Shown: one piece after another, positions 43,060 to 49,770 of the stretch
Numbering within the stretch: the first letter of the stretch is position 1
Layout of the letters: each line of letters opens with the position of its first letter
Source of the DNA: Arthrobacter sp.
GTDB lineage: Bacteria; Actinomycetota; Actinomycetes; Actinomycetales; Micrococcaceae
Direction of reading: 5' to 3'
Assembly: GCA_030146405.1 (NCBI GenBank)
Contig: JASLBS010000163.1
Location: 1 to 49,770 of the forward strand
DNA length: 49,770 nt
The notes under the pieces: generated by a model
The model's database searches: none
What the model saw: only the letters and a program-made list of their open reading frames with translations
Told to the model about the DNA's origin: nothing
Program-made: the position numbers and the translations under genes

Positions 43060-43112
43060 GTATCCCACCCGTATCCCACCCGCGCCCGACGGGTGGGATA
43101 CGGGTGGGATGC
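43060..43112. repeat. 23-bp inverted repeat, each arm a tandem 11-mer
   Basis: GTATCCCACCCGTATCCCACCCG-CGCCCGA-CGGGTGGGATACGGGTGGGATGC (1 mismatch). Confidence 0.9.
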
Positions 43113-43241
43113 AACTTCGCTACCCCGGCGCTCGGGGATCGCACGCGGCGTAGCGACATGCAAAACTGGACTCAGCATGCTTCGTAAAGTGCGAACAGAC
43201 CCGATGTCCGGTGGGAGACCGCCGGCAGCCAGGAGGCAGTT

Positions 43242-43790
43242 GTGACCCTTGTCCGCGTAATCGCCCGTCCCTTGATCGCCAGCAGCTTCGTGTTCTCCGG
43301 AGTCGACCGGCTTCGGAATGCCGGTGCCACCGCCCCGCAGCTGAAGCCCGTCCTCGCAGGCGTCACCAAGCTGGTGCCCTCGGCGGCGGCAGTCACCAGC
43401 AACGAGAAGCTCGTGGGCCAGGTCCTCGGCGCCACGCAGGTGAGCGCGGCGCTCCTGCTCGGCATCGGCCGCTTCTCCCGCGTCGCGGCCCTGCTGCTGA
43501 CGGTCACCGCGACGGTCAACGCCCTGGTGGATTTCCGGTCGGGCGATGCCTCGACAGCCGAGGGCAAGAAGGCGCGCCGCACGCAGCTGCTCAAGAACCT
43601 CTCCCTGATCGGCGCCGTACTGCTGGCAGCGGTGGACACCAATGGACGCCCGGGCCTCGCCTGGCGTGCCGGACACCTCGCCACCGGAGCCAAGAAGAAC
43701 GCCAGCGGACTGGGTAAGGACGCCCGCAAGCAGCTGAAGAAGGCCGACAAGGCCGTACGCAAGACCGCTTCCGACGTCGTCGGCTCGTAA
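43242..43790 (+). CDS. DoxX-family membrane protein
   Basis: [45 protein letters not shown]. Confidence 0.85.
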   Translation: MTLVRVIARPLIASSFVFSGVDRLRNAGATAPQLKPVLAGVTKLVPSAAAVTSNEKLVGQVLGATQVSAALLLGIGRFSRVAALLLTVTATVNALVDFRSGDASTAEGKKARRTQLLKNLSLIGAVLLAAVDTNGRPGLAWRAGHLATGAKKNASGLGKDARKQLKKADKAVRKTASDVVGS

Positions 43791-43795
43791 GGTCC

Positions 43796-45133
43796 ATGAC
43801 AGCTCTACCGGGCGGGGCGCCCACCCACCACTGGCGGGCGCCCCGCCTTCGTTCTGCCGTGAAGGCCGAACTCACCGTCCCCGGCTCGAAGTCCCTCACC
43901 AACCGCTACCTGGTGCTCGCCGCCCTCGCCGAGGGCCCCTGCCTCCTGCGCCGGCCCCTGCACTCACGGGATTCGGCCCTGATGGTCACTGCCCTGCGCC
44001 AGCTGGGCGTGGTCATCGAGGAGGTCCCGGGCGACGGCGGCTTCGGCCCTGATCTGAGGGTCACCCCTCTGCCGTTCCCCGCTGAGCACCCGCAGTCCCG
44101 CACCGTCGACTGCGGTCTCGCCGGCACCGTGATGCGCTTCGTACCACCTCTGGCCGGCCTCGTGGCCGGAACCACCGCCTTCGACGGCGACCCGCACGCG
44201 CGCCGCCGGCCCATGGGCAGCATCATCTCGGCCCTTCGCGGGCTCGGGCTCACGGTCAAGGACCACGACGCCGGTTCCCTCCCGTTCGCGGTGCACGGCG
44301 ATGGATCGGTCCGGGGCGGGCGCCTGGTCATCGATGCCTCGGCCTCCTCCCAGTTCGTCTCGGCGCTGCTGCTCGTGGGGGCACGGTTCACCGACGGCCT
44401 GCACCTGGAGCACGTGGGCAAACCGGTGCCGAGCCTGGACCACGTGCGCATGACGGTGGAGACCCTGCGCTCCCTCGGTGTGAGCGTCGACGACTCGGTC
44501 CCGAACCACTGGCGCGTGGCCCCCGGCCCGATCGCCGCCTTCGACGTGGCGGTGGAACCCGATCTCTCCAACGCGGGCCCTTTCCTCGCGGCTGCGGTGG
44601 TCACCGGCGGCACCGTCCGGGTGCGGAACTGGCCCACCGGCACCACCCAGGTGGGCGACGACTGGCGGCGGATCCTCCCGATGATGGGCGCCGACGTCCG
44701 CCTGGACGACGATGTGCTGACGGTGACCGGGGGTACGACCATCACGGGCGGCAGCTTCGCGGACACCTCCGAACTCGCCCCGACCGTTGCCGCCCTGTGC
44801 GCCCTCGCGGCGACGCCGTCGACCCTCACCGGGATCGCGCACCTGCGCGGCCACGAGACCGATCGCCTCGCGGCGCTCGTCACGGAGATCAATGGACTCG
44901 GCGGAGACGCCGAGGAGACGGCGGACGGCCTCGTGATCCGGCCCGCACCGCTGCACGGCGGGGTGTTCGCCACCTACGAGGATCACCGGATGGCCACCGC
45001 GGGCGCGATCATCGGCCTCGCCGTGGACGGCGTGGTCGTGGAGAACATCGGGACCACGGCCAAGACGATGCCCGAGTTCCCTGCGCTGTGGGCCGCGCTG
45101 ACCGGAACCTCCCAGCAGGGCGGTGCTGCATGA
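43796..45133 (+). CDS. aroA: 3-phosphoshikimate 1-carboxyvinyltransferase
   Basis: [38 protein letters not shown]. Confidence 0.97.
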   Translation: MTALPGGAPTHHWRAPRLRSAVKAELTVPGSKSLTNRYLVLAALAEGPCLLRRPLHSRDSALMVTALRQLGVVIEEVPGDGGFGPDLRVTPLPFPAEHPQSRTVDCGLAGTVMRFVPPLAGLVAGTTAFDGDPHARRRPMGSIISALRGLGLTVKDHDAGSLPFAVHGDGSVRGGRLVIDASASSQFVSALLLVGARFTDGLHLEHVGKPVPSLDHVRMTVETLRSLGVSVDDSVPNHWRVAPGPIAAFDVAVEPDLSNAGPFLAAAVVTGGTVRVRNWPTGTTQVGDDWRRILPMMGADVRLDDDVLTVTGGTTITGGSFADTSELAPTVAALCALAATPSTLTGIAHLRGHETDRLAALVTEINGLGGDAEETADGLVIRPAPLHGGVFATYEDHRMATAGAIIGLAVDGVVVENIGTTAKTMPEFPALWAALTGTSQQGGAA

Positions 45134-46260
45134 GCGAGGCCGGCAACCGTCGCGGATCACGCGCGTGGGACGAGTCCGACATCCGGATACGGCCCAACAA
45201 GAAGGGGTCCCGCCCCCGGACCAAGAACCGCCCGGCCTACGAGGACGCCCAGACGGGACGCGTGGTGACGGTGGACCGCGGCCGGTACACCGCGGTGGTG
45301 GACGAGGACACGCCCGACGAGCGGACGGTGGTGGCCGCACGCGCCCGGGAACTGCGGCGCAATGCGGTGGTGGCCGGGGACTTCGTGGCCCTCGTGGGAG
45401 ACCTGTCCGGCGGGCCGGACTCCCTCGCCCGCCTGGTCCGCATCGAGGAGCGCCGGACCGTCCTGCGCAGGAGCGCCGACGACACCGATCCGGTGGAGCG
45501 CGTGGTCGTGGCCAACGCCGATCAGCTCGTGATCGTGGTGGCCGCCGCGAATCCCGAGCCACGGACCGGGTTCATCGACCGCGCGCTCGTGGCTGCCTAC
45601 GATGCCGGGATCGAGCCGCTGCTCTGCATCACGAAGGCCGATCTCCGCGACCCGGCGTCGCTGCTCGCCAACTACGAGCACCTCGACCTGCGGGTGATCA
45701 TCAGCCGGACCGATGAGACCGTGGGCATCGAGGCCACCTCCGACGACGGGGATTCGGCCCGCCTGTCCAACAGTGCCGTCGATGCCCTGCGCGGTGAACT
45801 CGACGGTCAGGTGAGCGTGCTCCTCGGGCATTCGGGCGTGGGCAAATCCACCATGGTCAATGCACTGACCGGTAGCACGCGTGCCACGGGCGGGGTGAAT
45901 GCGGTGACGGGCCGTGGCCGCCACACGTCGTCCTCGGCGCTCGCGCTCAAGGCGGCCGATGCCGCGCCCGGCACCTGGATCATCGACACACCGGGCATCC
46001 GCTCGTTCGGGCTCGCCCACGTCGACGCCGATCGGATCCTCAAGGCGTTCCCCGACCTCCTACCGGGTACCGAGCGCTGCGAGCGCGGGTGCCGCCACGA
46101 CGACAACGCCGTCGACTGCGGCCTGGACGGTTACGTGGAGGAGGGGCTGGCCGGTGAGTCGGGGCCCGTGCGGCTCGCGTCCCTGCGGAGGCTGCTGAGC
46201 GCAGGCACGGCGGATGTCCGTGGCAGTGGCTCCGATGCCAAGGAACTCGGCCAGCACTGA
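45130..46260 (+). CDS. rsgA: Ribosome small subunit-dependent GTPase A
   Basis: Circularly permuted TKAD...GHSGVGKST...GRHT...DTPG; CERGCRH...C zinc finger; ATGA overlap with aroA. Confidence 0.95.
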   Translation: MSEAGNRRGSRAWDESDIRIRPNKKGSRPRTKNRPAYEDAQTGRVVTVDRGRYTAVVDEDTPDERTVVAARARELRRNAVVAGDFVALVGDLSGGPDSLARLVRIEERRTVLRRSADDTDPVERVVVANADQLVIVVAAANPEPRTGFIDRALVAAYDAGIEPLLCITKADLRDPASLLANYEHLDLRVIISRTDETVGIEATSDDGDSARLSNSAVDALRGELDGQVSVLLGHSGVGKSTMVNALTGSTRATGGVNAVTGRGRHTSSSALALKAADAAPGTWIIDTPGIRSFGLAHVDADRILKAFPDLLPGTERCERGCRHDDNAVDCGLDGYVEEGLAGESGPVRLASLRRLLSAGTADVRGSGSDAKELGQH

Positions 46261-46275
46261 CCCCGCCGGGACCAC

Positions 46276-46303
46276 CGGCACGGCACGGCACGGCACGGCA
46301 CGG
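46276..46303. repeat. (CGGCA)5 CGG simple sequence repeat
   Basis: Perfect pentamer run between rsgA and hisN. Confidence 0.9.
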
Positions 46304-46323
46304 GAGACGATAGGTTGATCGGT

Positions 46324-47136
46324 ATGAGTTTCACGCAGGGCTACAACGACGATCTCCGTCTCGCCCACATCATGGCCGATTCGGTGGACGACCAGACGAT
46401 GCGGCGCTTCAAGGCCCTGGACCTGCGGGTCGAGACGAAGCCCGACCTCACCCCCGTGACCGATGCCGACAAGAGCGCGGAGGAGGCCATCCGGGGTCAG
46501 CTCTCCCGGGCCCGGCCCCGCGACGCCGTGTTCGGTGAGGAGTTCGGCAGCACCGGATCGGGGTCCCGGCGCTGGGTGATCGACCCGATCGACGGCACGA
46601 AGAACTTCGTCCGGGGGGTTCCCGTATGGGCCACCCTGATCTCGCTGATCGACGACGGCAAAGCCGTGGTCGGCCTGGTCAGCGCACCCGCCCTCGGCAA
46701 GCGGTGGTGGGCGGCCCAGGGCACGGGGGCCTACACGGGGAAATCGCTCGCTGCCGCCCAGCGACTCCGCGTCTCGAACGTCTCCAGGCTGGCGGACGCC
46801 TCCCTGTCCTACTCGAGCCTGTCCGGATGGCGTGAGCGGAACTCGCTGGCCGAGTTCGTGAACCTGACGGACCGTGTCTGGCGCACGCGTGCCTACGGAG
46901 ACTTCTGGTCCTACTGCCTGGTGGCCGAGGGTGCTGTGGACATCGCCTGCGAACCGGAGCTCAACCTGTACGACATGGCTGCCCTGGTGCCGATCGTCAC
47001 CGAGGCAGGCGGCCGCTTCACCTCGCTCGAGGGTGAGGACGGGCCCTTCGGCGGCAACGCCCTGGCCACCAACGGGACACTGCACAGCGAAGTACTGCGG
47101 ACACTGAACCCGGATGTGGACGACCTGCTCGGGTGA
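46324..47136 (+). CDS. hisN: Histidinol-phosphatase (inositol monophosphatase family)
   Basis: [46 protein letters not shown] 7 nt before ATG 46324. Confidence 0.92.
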   Translation: MSFTQGYNDDLRLAHIMADSVDDQTMRRFKALDLRVETKPDLTPVTDADKSAEEAIRGQLSRARPRDAVFGEEFGSTGSGSRRWVIDPIDGTKNFVRGVPVWATLISLIDDGKAVVGLVSAPALGKRWWAAQGTGAYTGKSLAAAQRLRVSNVSRLADASLSYSSLSGWRERNSLAEFVNLTDRVWRTRAYGDFWSYCLVAEGAVDIACEPELNLYDMAALVPIVTEAGGRFTSLEGEDGPFGGNALATNGTLHSEVLRTLNPDVDDLLG

Positions 47137-47157
47137 TGCCGTGCACCTGATGACGCG

Positions 47158-47949
47158 GTGGGGCCCGGTCCGATGAGGGGGCGGCCGCAGCTTTCGGAGG
47201 AACGACGTCGGGAGCTGGCAGCTGCCTACCTCTCCGGCGCCGGGCGGTACGACCGGGTGCGTCCCGGGTACCCGACGCAGGTCGCGGACTGGGTGGTTCC
47301 GGGGCAGGCGCGCACCGTTGCCGATCTCGGTGCCGGGACCGGGCTCTTCACGGCGCTGCTCGTGGAGCGGGGGCTCGACGTGACGGCGGTGGACCCGTCC
47401 GAGGACATGCTGGCGGTCCTCGCCACCCGGATGCCGGGGATTCCACGTCTCCAGGCCACCGCCGAGGACTCGCTCCTGCCGTCCGGCTCGATGGACCTGC
47501 TGACACTCGCCCAGTCCTGGCACTGGTGCGATCAACCCGCCACGCTGAAGGAAGCCGCGCGGGTGCTCACCCCCACGGGCAAGATTGCACTGGTCTGGAA
47601 CCAGCTCGACGTCTCACTCCCCTGGGTGCACCGGTTGTCGCGCATCATGCACGCCGGCGATGTCTTCGCGCCGTCCTACCAACCCGCGTTCGGGGATGCC
47701 TTCGCTCCGGCCGAGGAGCTGATCGTGCACTGGGCGCAGGAGCTCACGATCCCCGACGTCGTCGAGCTGGCGCGTTCGCGCAGCTACTACCAGCGGGCCT
47801 CCACCGCTCTCCGGAATCGCATCGAGTCGAATCTCCGGTGGTACCTCACGGACTACCTCGCCTTCTCACCGTCCGCGCGACTCCGCCTCCCCTACTACAC
47901 GCACGCCTTCCGGGCGGCCCGGACGGGAACTGGATTTCGGCATGCCTAA
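47158..47949 (+). CDS. Class I SAM-dependent methyltransferase (start 47158 or 47173)
   Basis: YDRVRPGY, DLGAGTG, VDPS, AQSWHW, LVWN. Confidence 0.9.
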   Translation: MGPGPMRGRPQLSEERRRELAAAYLSGAGRYDRVRPGYPTQVADWVVPGQARTVADLGAGTGLFTALLVERGLDVTAVDPSEDMLAVLATRMPGIPRLQATAEDSLLPSGSMDLLTLAQSWHWCDQPATLKEAARVLTPTGKIALVWNQLDVSLPWVHRLSRIMHAGDVFAPSYQPAFGDAFAPAEELIVHWAQELTIPDVVELARSRSYYQRASTALRNRIESNLRWYLTDYLAFSPSARLRLPYYTHAFRAARTGTGFRHA

Positions 47950-47973
47950 CTCGTAGATTTAGGCATGCCGAAA
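47935..47973. promoter_or_regulatory. Double DtxR/MntR-like operator around a TAGATT -10
   Basis: TTTCGGCATGCCTAA-9 nt-TTAGGCATGCCGAAA, a perfect 15-bp inverted repeat; each arm is itself quasi-palindromic. Confidence 0.7.
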
Positions 47974-48888
47974 AATCCGTCCAGCGGCCCCTGCTCGCTG
48001 ATCATTGCTCTCTCGGCCGCGGTGGCCGTCCTCGCCGGGGGCTGCGCGGCACCGGCGTCCACGGCCGCTACCGGGGACGACCGTCCGCTGGTCCTGACCA
48101 CGTTCTCCGTCCTCGCCGATCTCGTGGACACCGTGGGCGGAGGCTATGTACGCGTCGAGTCCATCACCAAGGTCGGGGCCGAGATCCACGGTTACGAACC
48201 CACGCCCTCCGATCTGGTCCGGGCGCACGACGCCGACCTGATCGTGGACAACGGGCTGGGGCTGGAGCGGTGGTTCGAACGGTTCGTCCAGTCCGTCGAC
48301 GCCCCTCATGTGGTCCTGTCGGACGGCGTGGACCCGGTGGACATCCGTTCCGGGGACTACTCCGGCCTGCCGAACCCGCACGCGTGGATGTCCCCACGCG
48401 CCGGTGCCACCTACGTGGACAACGCCGTCACCGCACTCTCGACCTTGGAACCCGCGCACGCGGCGGACTTCGAGGCCAACGGGAACCGACTGAAGGGGGA
48501 GCTCGCCGACCTCCTCGCCGACTTCCGGGCCGGGTTCACCGACCTCGATGCCCCGGCACTCGTGACCTGCGAGGGTGCCTTCTCCTACCTCGCCCGTGAC
48601 GCCGGCCTGGCGGAGGCTTTCCTGTGGCCGGTCAACTCGGACTCCGAGGGTACACCGCGGCAGATCGGGGGCGTGATCGGCTTCGTGGAGGAGCATCGCG
48701 TCCCCACCGTCTTCTGCGAATCGACCGTGAATCCGTCGGCGCAGGAGCAGGTCGCCCTGGCCACCGGAGCTGCGTTCGGCGGCACCCTCTACGTGGACTC
48801 GCTGTCCACCGCCGACGGCCCCGTGCCGACGTACCTCGACCTCCTCCGCCACGACCTCGACCTCATCACGGAAGGGCTCACCCCATGA
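47965..48888 (+). CDS. Mn/Fe ABC substrate-binding lipoprotein (MntA/SitA-like)
   Basis: LAGGC lipobox, EIHGYEPTP, NPHAWMSP, TCEGAFSY, YVDSLS. Confidence 0.92.
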   Translation: MPKNPSSGPCSLIIALSAAVAVLAGGCAAPASTAATGDDRPLVLTTFSVLADLVDTVGGGYVRVESITKVGAEIHGYEPTPSDLVRAHDADLIVDNGLGLERWFERFVQSVDAPHVVLSDGVDPVDIRSGDYSGLPNPHAWMSPRAGATYVDNAVTALSTLEPAHAADFEANGNRLKGELADLLADFRAGFTDLDAPALVTCEGAFSYLARDAGLAEAFLWPVNSDSEGTPRQIGGVIGFVEEHRVPTVFCESTVNPSAQEQVALATGAAFGGTLYVDSLSTADGPVPTYLDLLRHDLDLITEGLTP

Positions 48889-49703
48889 CCTCCGCCGATC
48901 CTGCACCGTCCTACGCCCCGTCCCGGCCGGCGGGGAGCAGCCCGGAACCGGTGCTCGAGGTCCGCAACGTGAGCGTGCGGTACAACGACGTCCGGGCACT
49001 CGATGACGTGACCCTGAACCTCGGTGCTGGTCGCATCTGCGGTCTCATCGGCGTCAACGGGTCAGGGAAGTCCACCCTCTTCACAGCACTCATGGGCCTC
49101 CTCGTCCCGCAGAGCGGTGAGGTCCGGCTGTTCGGGGCCACCACCGCGAGCGCCAGGAAACGCGGGCTCGTGGCCTACATGCCCCAGGCGGAGGAAGTGG
49201 ACTGGACCTTCCCGGTCTCCGTGTCCGACGTCGTCGCCATGGGTGTGTACGGCCGGCTCGGCTCCGCACGGCGCCTGCGCGCAGCCGATCGCGCTGCCGT
49301 CGACACTGCGCTCGACCGCGTGGGCCTGGCGGACCTGCGGAGACGCCAGATCGGCCAGCTCTCCGGCGGCCAGCGCAAGCGCGTGTTCCTCGCCCGCAGT
49401 ATCGCCCAGAACGCACGGCTGCTCCTGCTCGACGAGCCCTTCGCGGGGGTGGACCGGACGAGTCAGCACACCATCGGGGTGCTCCTCAGATCCTTGCGGG
49501 ACGAGGGGAGATCGGTGCTGGTCTCCACACACGACCTCGCCGGGGTCCCCGACCTCTGCGACGAGGCAGTTCTCCTCCACCGACGCGTGGTGGCGCAGGG
49601 GAAGCCGGCGGAGGTGCTGTCGCACGGTCATCTCGCCCTCGCGTTCGGCCCGGTACCCACCGGGGCCGTCGCGCCCGGAAGCACGTCGGCAGAGGTCGGT
49701 TGA
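48885..49703 (+). CDS. Mn/Fe ABC ATPase
   Basis: GVNGSGKST, AYMPQ, LSGGQRKR, LLDEPF, STHD; ATGA overlap. Confidence 0.92.
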   Translation: MTSADPAPSYAPSRPAGSSPEPVLEVRNVSVRYNDVRALDDVTLNLGAGRICGLIGVNGSGKSTLFTALMGLLVPQSGEVRLFGATTASARKRGLVAYMPQAEEVDWTFPVSVSDVVAMGVYGRLGSARRLRAADRAAVDTALDRVGLADLRRRQIGQLSGGQRKRVFLARSIAQNARLLLLDEPFAGVDRTSQHTIGVLLRSLRDEGRSVLVSTHDLAGVPDLCDEAVLLHRRVVAQGKPAEVLSHGHLALAFGPVPTGAVAPGSTSAEVG

Positions 49704-49704
49704 G

Positions 49705-49770
49705 ATGGACCTTCTCGCGTTCCTCACCGAACCCCTGCAGTACGGCTTCCTCACGCGTGCCCTCGCCGTC
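49705..49770 (+). CDS. Mn/Fe ABC permease (5' fragment; runs off the window end)
   Basis: MDLLAFLTEPLQYGFLTRALAV following the ATPase; GAGG upstream. Confidence 0.8.
   Translation, partial: MDLLAFLTEPLQYGFLTRALAV

Overview
High-GC actinobacterial chromosome segment. Gene content and order suggest Micrococcaceae, probably Arthrobacter (an inference). It is mostly core genome, in this order: argS-lysA-hom-thrC; a three-gene flavinylation/electron-transfer cassette (FMN-binding lipoprotein, ApbE, RnfD/NqrB-like membrane domain fused to a ferredoxin-NAD(P) reductase domain); tRNA-Arg(CCG); a five-gene MoxR/DUF58 membrane operon; hrpA; HIT; a divergent sulfurtransferase/Cds1-like pair; MBL hydrolase; zur, two MarR paralogs and a Zn ABC operon; two CNNM/CBS proteins; guaB1; kgd; an SGNH-like protein lacking catalytic residues; a peptide-type ABC operon; a Zn-type oxidoreductase; the 24-aa ribosomal protein bL37 (missing from the ORF track); rsrA-sigH; doxX-aroA-rsgA-hisN; a methyltransferase; and the start of a Mn/Fe ABC operon. 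No integrase, transposase or CRISPR array is visible. The best leads are: (1) the flavinylation cassette, with a signal-less ApbE and a promoter matching the window's own SigH autoregulatory promoter; (2) a two-isoform sigH layout with a 23-bp inverted repeat/G4 element against its promoter; (3) a double operator palindrome covering a stop codon, a -10 and a start codon; (4) a uORF plus SD-hiding hairpin before the CNNM genes; (5) the SGNH pseudoenzyme. All family assignments come from motif recognition by eye; no database searches were run.
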